This document shows, one piece after another, positions 26,401 through 40,483 of a stretch of 64,000 nt of DNA. This DNA comes from Octopus sinensis. Taxonomy: Eukaryota. The stretch covers positions 1 through 64,000 of the forward strand of contig NW_021835464.1 in NCBI RefSeq assembly GCF_006345805.1. The letters are read 5' to 3'. Below the pieces are notes generated by a model. The model was given only the letters and a program-made list of their open reading frames with translations. It did no database searches and was not told where the DNA came from. The position numbers and the translations under genes are program-made. Positions within the stretch are counted from its first letter, which is position 1. Each line of letters starts with the position of its first letter.

Positions 26401-26903
26401 TGAATTTGAAATGTTGATTCTTTTTATATTGTTCGTAAGTAAATGATTCGTAAGTCTAAGAAATATGTTTCGTTAATATATCTAAGTGCCTAGGGCACAA
26501 ATACAGAATTGTGCAGCATATTTAAAGAGGTTGTATATCTCATAGCGAGTATTATATCATTTAGTTTTTGTCAGGAGTTTTAAAACAAAATGTCGTCTTT
26601 GATGAATGAGACTCCTTTAAAATCTGCGTGTATATGTCGAGGTAGATAAGATAATCATTGTGGGGAGACGGTTGAATTAATTAGAACGGATTGAAGCCAT
26701 TTTGAAAATACATCGTTTTAACGTTGATGGTAAATCACAGCCACACTCAATCAGCGATGTTTCGGTGATGGAGCTCTGGAGGTCGTTTGTGCATTTCCTG
26801 ACAATGCGCAACAGGGTCATTTTAATCGAATGTGAAGTGAGACTGTTAAATGTTGTAATGTCTTGGTGGTTATATAAATTGATTTCTTTCGGTTTTCGTT
26901 TAG

Positions 26904-26975
26904 ACAGTTAAACTGATGGTAAATTGTGGTCGGTTTATCAGCAGGGATACTGCTTACAGTGCAATCTTGATTAAG
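26904..26975 (+). other. Candidate 72-nt exon
   Basis: Acceptor tttctttcggttttcgtttag and consensus donor AAG/gtaagt; one open frame, TVKLMVNCGRFISRDTAYSAILIK. Confidence 0.35.
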
Positions 26976-27190
26976 GTAAGTCGGACAGAAAGATTCTGCA
27001 AAAGTAATTGGATATGCTTTTGGCGTGGGACCAAACATTACCAAATTTTATTCTCTAACCATTTATTATCAGTAATATTTTATATATAAATAGGAAAATA
27101 TATAAAAGTAATAATAATGACGAAATAATATGAAATATTGATTCTAGAAATAAACAAAGAAGAAATATTTGTAAACAGGAATTATTGTAG

Positions 27191-27291
27191 ACAAGATTTC
27201 TTGCATATTTTTGGTAATTCTCCAATATTGGCAGAATGAAGGAAACCAGCAGACGACGCTATTCCTTGAAGCTAGCAGCTAAAATCATCAG
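27191..27291 (+). other. Candidate exon containing an ATG at 27236 (MKETSRRRYSLKLAAKII)
   Basis: Acceptor tattgtag (or ttggcag, giving a start at 27235) and donor CAG/gtgaga. Confidence 0.3.
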
Positions 27292-27559
27292 GTGAGAAAT
27301 GAAAAATTTCTTTTCAACTGAACGGACAATTCTGCTAAAACATCTGAAATGGTAATCGAATCATCGAAGACTTCAATTGAAATGAATTAAGCGCGATTTT
27401 CGACAGCACGTGGAGACCATTAACATAGTAAAAGTTAATTTGATAAAACTATAATGAATCACTAATTTCAGATCGTATGGTGAAAGAACATATGTACACA
27501 CACAAAACACACAAACACACACACAACACGCACAACACCACACATCCACACGCTCAAAG

Positions 27560-27975
27560 CGCACACACATGCATGCACGCACGCACACCCACATATATAC
27601 ATACATACAGACAGACAGACACACAGACATACTTACATACATAAATGTCTGTGTGTCTGATGCTTGTGCACACGTCTATACATACACTGTCTGTGTGCAA
27701 AACAATCAACCACAAATACAGATACATTTCTACAAACCCACATACACACATATATATATACATATAATATGTGTATATATGTATATATATATATATATAT
27801 ACGCATGTATTGCGTAGGTGAGCATGTGTATAGAAATATAGAAATACATATACACCTACATATATATATGTATATATGTATATATGTATATATATATATG
27901 TATATATATGTGTATATATATATACATATATATATGTATATATATAAATATACATACATATAAACATATATATAC

Positions 27976-28012
<37 letters not shown>

Positions 28013-28250
28013 AATACATATATACGCAAGACCTGTGTATTATATATAGGCATGTCTAAATATATATATATATATATGCACACACAAACATATGTTACAC
28101 GCCACACACACGCACAGACATACCATACATACATACGTAATAATATATATATACATACATACATACACAAACACACACAACACATATATATATATATATA
28201 TATAATATATATTATATTACACACACATATATATATATATATATATATCC
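27560..28250. repeat. (CA)n/(TA)n compound microsatellite
   Basis: Direct reading. Confidence 0.9.
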
Positions 28251-28669
28251 CTTTAACTGTCGTCGTCGGGTTTACAAATATATAATGCCATGCGTGTGCT
28301 GGCATGGAAGCGAGAAAGAGATATTTGAACAATTGGTCCATTGATACTATTATTGATTCCAGGAATATTAGTTTGGCAACCTAAGCACGCAATGCTAATA
28401 TAATGCAAAGTAAATAATGGTGAATTTGAAAATAGTAAAATACGTTACCTTAACAGAGAGACACACAAACAAAAACAAACAAATCAAACAGCAAAAGTCA
28501 AACAATAATATAAGCAATCAAGGAAATATATATACGTGTGTATATGCGCGCATGCGTGTCTGCATGCGTGCCTGTGTGTGTGTGTATGTGTGTGTGTAGT
28601 TATTTGGTTTACTTTATTGAAAATACTTAAATTAGTTTACTAATTATTTTTGATAATATAGAGAGACCA

Positions 28670-28730
<61 letters not shown>

Positions 28731-29432
28731 CATATATACATATATACGTTCATATTTATATTATAGACATATATATATATATATATATTATAAACGCATA
28801 TATATATATATTTATATATATATATACATATGCGTATATGCATATATATATTTATGTTTACATGTATATATTTATGTATATATACATATGCGTATATGCA
28901 TATATATATTTATGTTTACATGTATATATTTATGTATATATACCTATGCAATACAGAAAGTTCGCATGTGCTAAAATATATTCTTGTGTTTGTACAGGAT
29001 ATATAATTATATGTACGTACGTATGTATGTATATATGTATGTATGAATATGTGTATGTATGTGTGTGTATGTTTGCATGTATGTGTACGTAATGTACATC
29101 AGGCGCAGCTCACTTTCGTCTAAATGTCATTTCAAGATTTTAATGCGATTCAAAATTTAAACTGAATATTCAGGTAAAGGGAAGGAACCCTGTAATACAG
29201 AAATGCAGCAATTAATTCAGTTATTTATTCTGAAACATATGGCTCCTGTCTACATCTGCCGTAAGCTTATATATATATAGCAAGCGGGGCCTCATATCAA
29301 TGAGGGGTGGGGGGCGATGCGCATTGATGCCGTCGAGAGGTAGGCCCCGAATAGGCGCGCATTCTCTCCTGATGACCCCATACACATGCAGGCTTCTGGT
29401 ATGCGGAGTTTTTGACTGGGCATTTTTGCATC

Positions 29433-29845
29433 TCTTTCTCTTTTTTCTCTTTTACTTGTTTCAGTCATTTGACTGCGGCCATGCTGGAGCACCGCCTTTA
29501 GTCGAGCAACTCGACCCCGGGACTTATTCTTTGTAAGCCCAGTACTTATTCTATCGGTCTCTTTTTTTGCCGAACCGCTAAGTGACGGGGACCGTAAAAC
29601 ACACCAGCATCGGTTGTCAAGCAATGCTAGGGGAACAAACACAGACACACAAACAAACACATATATATATATACATATATACGACAGGCTTCTTTCAGTT
29701 TCCGTCTACCAAATCCACTCACAAGGCATTGGTCGGCCCAGGGCTATAGCAGAAGACACTTGCCCAAGATGCCACGCAGTGGGACTGAACCCGGAACCAT
29801 GTGGTTGGTTAGCAAGCTACTTACCACACAGCCACTCCTGCGCCT
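29433..29845 (-). mobile_element. SINE family A, full length
   Basis: Ends ccactcctgcgcct, the reverse of the head. Confidence 0.9.
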
Positions 29846-30084
29846 ATGTGCAAGTTGTTTGCAAGACATCTGTTTCTTACCTGCTTTTGGGTAAATATGT
29901 CCTCTGATCGCTACATTATTATATTCATGCATTTTCCTCGTCAATTTGCCTTTCATTCTTTCGTGGTCGATACATAAAAAAAAATCAGTGAAACATTGGG
30001 GTCGATATAATCCACTCATCCTCTTCCCCCAAAATCGCTACGCTTGTGACAAAATTTGAAAACATTATTATTAATATTAGAGTT

Positions 30085-30327
30085 AAGACGACCAGCTGAC
30101 AGAATTGTTAGCAGACCGGGCGAAATACTTAGCGGTTTTTCGCTCGTCGCTACGTTCTGAGTTCAAATTCCACAGAGGTCGACTTTGCCTTTCATCCCTT
30201 CTGCGTCGATAAATAAATTACCAGTGAAACACTAGTGTTGATGCAATTCACCAGTCCCCTCCCACCTTATTTGAAGCCTTGTGCCTCCAGTAAAAAGGAT
30301 AATAATAATAATAATATAATAATAATA

Positions 30328-30384
<57 letters not shown>

Positions 30385-30606
30385 GCTAGAGTGGCGAGCT
30401 GGCAGAATCATTAGCACGCCGGAGAAAATGCTTTGCGGTATTTCGTCCGCCTTTCCGTTCTGAGTTCAAATTCTGCCGAGGTCGATTTCACTTTTCATCC
30501 TTTCGGGGTCGATTACATAAGTACTAGTTATGCACTGAGGTCCATGTAATCGAGTTAATCCCTTCCCCAAAATTTGAGCCTTTGTCCCTCCAGTAGAAAG
30601 GATTAT
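30085..30606 (+). mobile_element. Two SINE family B copies separated by an (AAT)/(TTA)n tract
   Basis: Heads at ~30090 and 30389; both end ccagta.aaaggat. Confidence 0.8.
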
Positions 30607-30614
30607 ATTTATTA

Positions 30615-30989
30615 CTAGCAGTATCGCCCGGCGTTGCTCGGGTTTGTAAGGGAAATAACTATACAAGCATTTTTAGAGATGTAAAGTATAATAGCCATCT
30701 CAATATGGCTAACCACAAGGGGGGGGTGTTACTGTAGCTTTTTACGTTCTGAGATTTAATAATACATTTTTGGAGAGTTACTTCCTTTATATAATAGCAA
30801 AAAAAATGCATTAAAATGGGAAAAAACAATGGTAATCGTAGACGTGCGCTAATACCCAGAAGGGCTCGATATGAATCACGACTATAAGATACCCGCTTTT
30901 GGTTACACTGCACCGCAAAATATGGGAGTAGTTAGGAATCTAAATCGTAGGAGACAGACACCACACAACTTCACTTATACATATATAGA
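30615..30989 (-). mobile_element. Non-autonomous Helitron-like element
   Basis: Minus strand begins A/TC, ends with the hairpin cccgagcaacgccggg then CTAG/T; no TSD. Confidence 0.8.
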
Positions 30990-31016
30990 TTAATAGTAGT
31001 AGTAGTAATAGTGGTT

Positions 31017-31069
<53 letters not shown>

Positions 31070-31369
31070 TGTTGACATCTCCTGTCATACTGTTTTTTTT
31101 CAGCCCAAAATACAATGATAGTGAAAAAGTCTATCAAAATATAACAGTGGGAAATATATTATAGTTGCTGTAAAAATAAAATGATTCCATACCTATACTT
31201 TCATGGAAATGTAAAAAAAAAATATTATTATATTATAAGGAAATACGAGGAATATATCAAATATATTTATATCGAATTTATTTATATCGGCAGATCGATT
31301 TCGGAATAATATATCTGAGCATGTGTGCGCATTTACTGTATATATAGGCGTAAGCACCTCGTACATGCA

Positions 31370-31377
31370 TACATTCA

Positions 31378-31410
<33 letters not shown>

Positions 31411-31527
31411 TATATATATATATATATATTTATATTTATTTTATAATTGTTATATACATATACGCATACCCATATATCTATAGAATAGACGTACATCGTA
31501 CGTATATATGTATGTACATAGGTAATA

Positions 31528-31581
<54 letters not shown>

Positions 31582-32060
31582 CTACTTCGAATCAGTATGT
31601 ACGTATTACCAAATATAAACCGCATTTTTTCCACAGATATTCTATTCAAAAGAAAGCTAAACGCCATCGTTAAAGAAACTAAACAAACAAACAAAAAAAT
31701 CGAAGACGGAACCGTAAATCGAGGCTAATAAATCGGTAGATACGATGCCAAGTTTAGCCTTTACTGAATAGAAGAATATTTCTATAAAACATTCACACAC
31801 CTATTCATCAATTCCGCTTCGTTTTGCTGTTTAACCTCCAGTAAACTCTAAACGACGAAGAATCGCGACCCGGCTGATATTCTGCAGCTTATATTGACAT
31901 ATGTAGAAACGTCAGTACGAACGTATGTATATATGTATGTATATATGTATGTATATATGTATGTATGTATATATGTATTCAATTTTGGTTGTTTGTATGC
32001 ATGTATATATATACGTATGCATGCATGTATGAATATATATGAATATATATATATGTATGC

Positions 32061-32092
<32 letters not shown>

Positions 32093-32245
32093 GTGTATAT
32101 ATATATATATCTATATATATGTATATATATGTATGTATATATATATATATATGTATACTTGTGTGTATATATATATGTATATATATATGTAATATATATA
32201 TATATATGTATATATATGTGTAAATATATATATATATATATGTAG
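31370..32245. repeat. (TA)n/(TATG)n compound microsatellites with a unique spacer
   Basis: Direct reading. Confidence 0.85.
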
Positions 32246-32312
32246 GTCCCTTTGATTCGGGGTTAACCACAGTAAATAAGGTACTCAATACATAGTAGAG
32301 TAAAATTAATTT

Positions 32313-33201
32313 ATTATATAGAGGAGCTTCTACAGGACTAGAACTGTTTCATTCAAGAGAAATCTTCAGGAAGCTAGTTAACAAGAATTGTATTGGCATT
32401 TATACATTTAGGCAGGTTTAAAGGGGTGTTGGTGGGGGACTTTTTGGGGGTAGGCATAGCGCAAAATATCATACTTGGGGAGTGGTCAAGGAGTCAGTGT
32501 TAAATTAGATAGAAGAATAAATAAAAAAATAAAAAAATATATAAAAAAATATATAAAAATATATATAAAAAAAGGGAATAGAGTTTTAGGTAAATAAGGA
32601 GATTCTCACTTATACCTATGCACATATGTATACATATATACACACACATACAAACATATATACATATACATACACACATACGTACACACACACATATATA
32701 CATATATACTTACACATACATATACATATCTACACATACACATGTGAGTGTGTGTATGTATACATATATGTGTATGTGTAGATATGTATATGTATGTGTA
32801 AGTGTATATATATGTATATATGTGTGTGTGTACGTATGTGTGTATGTATATGTATTATTTTGTATGTGTGTGTATATATGTATACATATGTGCATAGGTA
32901 TAAGTGAGAATCTCCTTATTTACCTAAAACTCTATTCCCTTTTTTTTATATATATTTTTATATATATTTTTATATATTTTTTTATTTTTTTATTTATTCT
33001 TCTATCTAATTTAACACTGACTCCTTGACCACTCCCCCAAGTATGATTTTTGCGCTATGCCTACCCCAAAAAGTCCCCCACCAACACCCTTTTAAACCTG
33101 CCTAAATGTATAAATGCCAATACAATTCTTGTTAACTAGCTTCCTGAAGATTTCTCTTGAATGAAACAGTTCTAGTCCTGTAGAAGCTCCTTCTATATAA
33201 T
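32313..33201. repeat. ~890-bp near-perfect palindrome (arms ~430 bp, 24-nt spacer)
   Basis: 32313-32743 is the reverse complement of 32768-33201; differences are mostly small indels. Confidence 0.9.
33139..33190 (+). ncRNA. Hammerhead-like motif (mirror copy at 32342-32374 on the minus strand)
   Basis: gcttc CUGAAGA uuuc-ucuu-gaau GAAA CAGUU. Core boxes are present, stem II is weak and stem I pairing is ambiguous. Confidence 0.45.
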
Positions 33202-33222
33202 ATATATATATATATATATATG

Positions 33223-33261
<39 letters not shown>

Positions 33262-33674
33262 TGATATATATATGTATAAATACATATCTTTGTCAGTAGA
33301 CGATGTACGTCGCTGCTTTAGTGTATGTATGCGTGTATATAAGTATGTACGTATCTTCATCTATTAATGCATATAAATATATATCTATATCTATGTGTGT
33401 GAATGTGCGTGTGAGTGTGTGTGAGTGTTTGTTTGTGTGTATACGTATATGTACGTGCGTGTGTGTGTGTATGTGTGTGTGTATGTGTGTGTTAATAAAT
33501 TAGATAACGAATTTGATGTGTTCAATGAATATGTCTTATTTTATACGTGTAAACGTATAATTATCTCATGCAGAGTATTTATAAACGTATGAACATATAT
33601 TTATTTACAATAATATCCAAATCTATATGTATATAAATACGAACATGTATAAAGATGATAGAAAGGCTGTTCGA

Positions 33675-34270
33675 TATATAGATGGATACATAGATAGAGA
33701 GCTAGATAGGTAAATAGTAGAGATAAGTAGGTAGGTATATAGATAGATAAATAGATAGATAGATAGTTAGATCGATAGATAGATAGATAGGTATGTAGGT
33801 AGGTGAGTAGGTAAGTAGATATATAGATGGATACATAGATAGAGAGCTAGATAGATAAATAGTAGAGATAGGTAGGTAGGTATATAGATAGGTAAATAGA
33901 TAGATAGATAGTTAGATCGATAGATAGATAGATAGATAGGTATGTAGGTAGGTGAGTAGGTAAGTAGATAGATAGATGGATACATAGATAGAGAGCTAGA
34001 TAGATAAATAGTAGAGATAGGTAGGTAGGTATATAGATAGATAAATAGATAGATAGATAGTTAGATCGATAGATAGATAGATAGGTATGTAGGTAGGTGA
34101 GTAGGTAAGTAGATAGATAGATGGATACATAGATAGAGAGCTAGATAGATAAATAGTAGAGATAGGTAGGTAGGCATATAGATAGGTAATAGATAATAGA
34201 TAGTTAGATCGATAGATAGATAGATAGGTATGTAGGTAGGTGAGTAGGTAAGTAGATAGATAGATGGATA
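33675..34270. repeat. Higher-order ~145-bp tandem repeat built from GATA/GGTA tetramers (~4 units)
   Basis: gatggata anchors at 33681, 33826, 33975, 34120 and 34263. Confidence 0.9.
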
Positions 34271-35558
34271 TATATATATGAGCATGTATGTATATATGTA
34301 TGTATAAAATATATATATATATTTATAGGCATGTATGCATATATGTATGTATGTATATATAATATATATATATATACATATATACATGTATATATATATA
34401 TATATGTGCGTGTGTGTGTGTGTGTAGACAGTTTAAATAAAAATTAAGAAAAAGCAAACGAACATGATGACGTGCACGAGAAATTTAAACGCTTGACGCT
34501 TGGTGAAAGGAGAGTTTGACTTTTCGCGCATAGCTCTTTTGGTCGCAAAGAGAAAGCGAGAACCCAAAGATAGTGAAGAAATCGTCAGTGGCACACGCGT
34601 ATTTACGTTCTTGAATTGAGCAGAAGTAGAAACATATATATATATATGTGTGTGGGTCTGTGTGTATATCTATTCATCTATCTGTCTGTCTATTAATCTA
34701 TCTATCTATGTACGTGTATGCGTGTGTATCTGCGTGTGTATCTGTGTGTCGGTGTGTGTGTGTTTGTGTGTCTGTGCGTGTATGAATGTACGTATACTTA
34801 AGTCTATTTCTATATATGTATATATGTTTCCATCACTCTCTCTGTGTCTCTGACATGTTAGAGAACAACACTGATGTAGGAAAGGAAATATATAAAAAAT
34901 AAGAACAACATGTCGAATTTGGTGCTATATCATGAAACCTTTAAGGATGTATTTGAGATTGTAAAAAAAATTAACCATTCAGCAATCACCCTTTCCCTCA
35001 TCCAATTAGTGTAGTTCTATTAAATCTTTTAATTTTGATGATTTCGCCCGTTAAGACAAGATTACGCTAGAAAGCCCAAACTGTATTTATTTAATTGTTT
35101 GTAATTAAAAACCAAAATAGATATTTAAAACGATTAAGAATTATATCGCAGATAATGTTAGCAATATAAAGTAAAACGAATACAGATTCAGGGAGAGAAA
35201 TTTTGAGAATTCTAATACATTCCAAAGTATTACCATAACAGATCCAAGGCAGAGTTATATGGAAATTTATGAAAATGAGATAATGTGTAGATAACAAGAA
35301 AAAAAAAGACAAGATTATCAATGGAAAGAAACTGAGAATACGTCTAAGGGCATGCAGAAGTAAGATCTAACGAAGAAAGAATGTACAGGAAGAAGGAAAA
35401 TGATCGTACTGGAAGGACGTTTGCACGTTTGCTCTAACATAGCTTAAGGAGGATCATTGTGATGAGTGGAAACCGGTCGAATCAAATTATACTGAATCCT
35501 ATCAAATAAACACGTATATAAATATATATGTATGCATGTATACATTTACGTATGTACG

Positions 35559-35589
<31 letters not shown>

Positions 35590-35593
35590 TATT

Positions 35594-35753
35594 TGCTGTG
35601 TGGTAAGTAGCTTGCTTACCAACCACAAGGTTCCGGGTTCAGTCCCACTGCGTGCCATCTTCGGCAAATGTCTTCTGCTATAGCCCCTGGCCGACCAATG
35701 CCTTGTGAGTGGATTTGGTAGACGGAAACTGAAAGAAACGTGTCGTATATATG

Positions 35754-35784
<31 letters not shown>

Positions 35785-35980
35785 ATATGTTTGTGTGTCT
35801 GTATTTGTCCCCCTAGCATTGCTTGACAACCGATGCTGGTGTGTTTACGTCCCCGTCACGTAGCGGTTCGGCAAAAGAATAATTACTAGGCTTACAAAGA
35901 ATAAGTCCCGGGGACGATTTGCTCGACTAAAGGCGATGCTCCAGCATGGCCGCAATCAAATGACTGAAACAAGTAAAAGA
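35594..35980 (+). mobile_element. SINE family A
   Basis: Colinear with the other copies. Confidence 0.9.
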
Positions 35981-36040
35981 AAAGAAGAAAGATGAAATAT
36001 ATATAATTATATAGTATATATTATATATATTATTATATAC

Positions 36041-36125
<85 letters not shown>

Positions 36126-36139
36126 ATATATAATATATA

Positions 36140-36215
36140 TAATATACGTTACTTAAAATCAGCAGAAAGATAACAACAGCTGTTATTCAGAGTTTCACGT
36201 TCCCGTTCATCTGAG
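36140..36215 (-). repeat. Short repeat related to the 7853-7925 segment
   Basis: Minus strand cagatgaacgggaacgtgaaactctgaataacag...ttctgctg parallels cagatgaacggcaacgagaaactcagagtaacag...ttctgctg. Confidence 0.6.
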
Positions 36216-36954
36216 GATCATTTGTACGTTCTTCGACAGTTGACGTCACAGTGATGATATGTTATCCAAGAACAAACCCACCAAAATTCCATCATAGTGG
36301 TAAAATACCAAAAATTATGAAGTAATAATGAAAATAAAGGAAGTGAAAAACAAACAGTGCGTCGGCTCATGTTTGGCCTAATGATCCTCACGAAATAGAA
36401 ACCAGCTTCATCACGCGATTTCACAGCAAGGATCACAGAAACAGTGTATGTGTTTGAAGGTGACTAACAGTGTATGTATGAATTTATGCATGCGTCTATG
36501 TTTGTGTATATGCATGTATGTATGTCATTATTCGGATTTATTTTAAGAATTCTTGCCAGAAGAGAAAGACTCGGTTTCTAACCTAGATCCATTCCTCGAT
36601 TATTGGAATTTTACTAACATCAATCAAGTATTTTTTTGCATATATCTGTGGTTATAGTGTTTGAAATCAGTGAATTGGCAGATTTGTATGTTTTGTTTTA
36701 TGTGTATATCCCCGTGCATATAGTTGCGTGTCTAAACATGCTCATATAATCTTTAATGGTAAACCAATTTTCAGTTCTAGTGACGGCTGAGTCAGTAGAC
36801 TTCGGCTCAGCATTCTCCTTTCTTGTTTAGAGAAGCTTATTTTTATTTCTCAAGTTTAGTGATTATGCATGTATATATGTACGTAGATATGTATGTGTAT
36901 GTATATATATATATTATATATATATATATATAATATATATATATATTGTGTGTG

Positions 36955-37019
<65 letters not shown>

Positions 37020-37022
<3 letters not shown>

Positions 37023-37135
37023 TTTACAAAACAAACAGATGTATTAGTATAACGCTCAGGAATAGCAAAAGTCTTTTACGTTTCGAGCCTACACTCTTCT
37101 ACAGAGAAGGACACAGAAAAAACAAGGAGAGATAT
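37020..37135 (-). repeat. Hammerhead-bearing short repeat, same family as 59859-60067, core mutated
   Basis: Minus strand ctgtaga agagtgtaggctc gaaa cgta aaag. Confidence 0.7.
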
Positions 37136-37149
37136 ATATGTATATATGC

Positions 37150-37182
<33 letters not shown>

Positions 37183-38441
37183 TGTATGTATGTATGCGTA
37201 TGTATGAGCGTAGTCTCCAGCCTTCAGAATAGCATTCAACCGTTTGGGATATATTCCTTTATAGAGACGATATAATATAGAGCAGCATAATTTTCCTAGT
37301 ATTCTCGTTTTAATTTGCAAGATTATTTGATCCTATTTTGCTCCCTGCCTTCTTTTGAAACAGTAGCATTTTTTCGGATGTTATAATTGGAGAGAAATTT
37401 AGCTGCTGCTTCTAGCAGATCCAATGATCGAGAAATCTCCATGTTTGCTCTAGGTGATTAAGTTAAACAAAACGGCAAGTTAATTCTACTAATAATACAC
37501 GAGTTATTTATGTTTTACTTTATTTGTTCCATTCATCTCATCCTCGAAAAAAAAACACGAAATATATTTTACAATGCAACTACGAATGCTTCAACAGAAA
37601 ATACAAATTGTTTTAACAAAAAAATAATTCCTCTGTGTTTGTCTATTCGTTTTTACTCTCATTTTTTTTTGTTGCTGTGTTTTTAGTTATTTTGGTTAAT
37701 TTGATTCCCTTGCAGTTGTTTTCGTGTTATGCATCATACATTCATTCTTTAAAAAAAAAAATGTTATTTTTATTTTCTTGTTCACCATTTCTGCTAGCGC
37801 TCCAGAGAAATCGAAACTAACTAGAACTAACTACTGCAAAAAAAGAAACGAAAAACAAGCGGGTCTCTTCAATCACGCTATGTCCGCTTGGTTGGTTTAT
37901 TTTACAACTGCGAATAATCCAGCTAGGAGTATACCGCTCTAAACAACAAGCATCACCAACTCCAAAATCGAGCAACTTCTTCACAAGATTTCCAACACCA
38001 CTCACTCTTCTACGCATCACCATCACAACCATCACCACCCTATATAAATTTAACTCTGCTGATGTTACGATTTACGTGTCAGTTATATTAAAAAGTTTAC
38101 CTCCTTCTGCAACCTAGTAGCTATCGATCTTAATATTATAAACATGACCAAACATTTACTTCGAAGTCCCTAAAACGTAGTCAAACGTTATCAGTTCTAT
38201 TGTAGTAGTTGCCTGCCATAATAGCAATAAGATAACTTCCATCTACTTCCAGCTGCTTGAATTTCTTTTTGATAAATGTTCTATTTCTTTCTTATCCGAG
38301 TTCGAATACAACCAAGGTCTGCTGGATAGAAAACTATAGCCAAATGGGATGATGTCCTGCTCTCACTCTTTCTTATCTATCTATACATATGTATGTATAC
38401 GTATCACATACACACATATACACACACATTCACATTAATAC

Positions 38442-38488
<47 letters not shown>

Positions 38489-38489
38489 A

Positions 38490-38680
38490 GGAGAATTTAC
38501 GAAAAAAGGAAAAAGACGAAGACAGGTGGTGTAGACAACAAACAGATGTATTAGTATAACGCTCAGGAATAGAAAAAGTATTTTACGTTTCAAGCCTACG
38601 CTCTTTTACAGAAAAGGGACACAGAAAAAACAAGGAGAGAAAAAAATGTGTGTAATGCCTAACGACCTATCTTGTATATA
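38490..38680 (-). repeat. Hammerhead-bearing short repeat, same family as 59859-60067, core mutated
   Basis: Minus strand ctgtaaa agagcgtaggctt gaaa cgta aaat. Confidence 0.7.
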
Positions 38681-39004
38681 TATATATATATATGCATTTA
38701 AGTATCTATACAAAACATGTATGTGAATGTGTGTGTGTGTGTATGTGTGTGCGTATACTTTGAGAATATCTAGAAGCACAAAATTAAATGTACAAAACCA
38801 TAGGATGTAAATATTGGCATGAAAAAATAATGATTTATAGGTCTATCTGTGTGCTTCGAGATATTCCAGAAACGAATCACTCCATGTTCTCCCGAAAACT
38901 TCGAAAATTCAAATGACACCATATACATACATACATACATACATATATATGTGTGTGCGTGTCTGTATTAGTGTCCGTGTGTATGAATCTATCTATCTAT
39001 CTAT

Positions 39005-39146
39005 TTATCTATGTTTCTGACGAAGAGTTCCGCTCCAAACGTTAAACCGATCTTCTTTTCTTCTTTCCTGAGCGTTCAATAACACTATACGTGTTCCACG
39101 TCCTCGCGTTATTGTGTTTTCTCTTTGTGTTTTCATGTTTGAATTA

Positions 39147-39150
<4 letters not shown>
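39005..39150 (+). repeat. Short repeat with a hammerhead motif (GAAA box mutated to CAAA)
   Basis: gttt CTGACGA a gagt-tcc-gctc caaa cgtt aaac at 39013-39047; same family as 41230-41540. Confidence 0.7.
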
Positions 39151-39189
<39 letters not shown>

Positions 39190-39691
39190 ACTGAGAATGT
39201 GTGTCTGTCTGTGTTCTGTATTACCTCTAAAACTCGATAAGAATCCAACCGATTTCATCCAAATTTTGCACATGCATTACTTAGTGTCCTTGAGTGCCTA
39301 ATGCAGACCCGAAGCAATCTTTCTGATTGATTCAGTATTACATATCAAAAAGATGACACTGTTTCACTTTTATTCTTTTACTTTTAATTCTAAGATCATT
39401 TTATTCCTATTACATTTTAAATAAATAATTTATATCCTAATGTGAACAACATTACGCATCGGCAACTCACCGTCTTCGTGGCGTCTTCGTGTGACAGTAA
39501 ATGCGTTGACTGACATAATGAGTAGCTGCAGGTGAAACTCTTAACAAAAAACAATGAGCTGGCAGGTCCAAGGTATATAAAACTATACATCTACCGTTCA
39601 ATTACCAGTTGATAATTATCACAGCAGTTGTAAGGTTGCAAGGTATTTACGGTTACGTATTAACCCTTAAATTGACATTTAATACATGGGC

Positions 39692-39739
<48 letters not shown>

Positions 39740-40483
39740 ACGAAAGAAGGTTTGAAAATGCAATTTAAAAGATGTTTATTTACTTAACCGGTTTCACTCT
39801 TTGGAAAAAGATTGTCAAAAGTAACATATGGAAGTTTGGTTGCGTTAATTATTGGTTGTTGCAAATTGCCACATTACATGTATATATACAGTTTTTGGTA
39901 ACAGGGACATGTTAAGGGCATAAAATAGTACAACAGTATGATGAGAATATTTGAAAAAATGGGCAGAAAAGATTAAAACAAATATATTATACATATCAGG
40001 GTAATTTCCAGGAGGAAATATCAAAAAATATATATATAAAGAAATTTATCTACAATAATTATTGTGGTATTTACCGTTAAATTAGGAGTTCGTACATTTG
40101 CTTCAATTTGGTTCATTTGTTTATATTTGGCTAACTTATACTGCATGCAAAGGTAATGACATACAACTGCTTACAAAAATAAAGATAGATTTATAATTTC
40201 TATGTTCATAATTGGAGTCTCACGACAGAAGCAAGATGAAACGTTCTCATGATCGGCAAATGCACGGTGCAGCATGTAAGATGGATCCTCAATACAGAAG
40301 AGAGATGAGACTTTCCCAAGATCTGCAAAGGCACGGTGCTGCACTTAATGCTGAATCATTGAAACAACTTTTTAATGATTTGACAGGTGTCCAATAGAAT
40401 AGCTCTCAGAAACAGGACGCGTACAGATTTGTTCTTCACAACTCCTGGAGCTGCTTTCAGATATGATCCATCTCTTTCTTATA

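Noticed and set aside
33675-34270. CRISPR-like periodicity
   Set aside because: The units are wholly repeated with no unique spacers, and the context is eukaryotic with no cas genes.
36218-36436. Minus ORF with a faint GPCR TM4-like look (SLPLFSLLLHNFWYF)
   Set aside because: It is too short, the similarity is only impressionistic, and there are no neighbouring TM segments.
37817-38038. Minus ORF containing KKLLDFG
   Set aside because: No other kinase motifs; it begins in low-complexity sequence.
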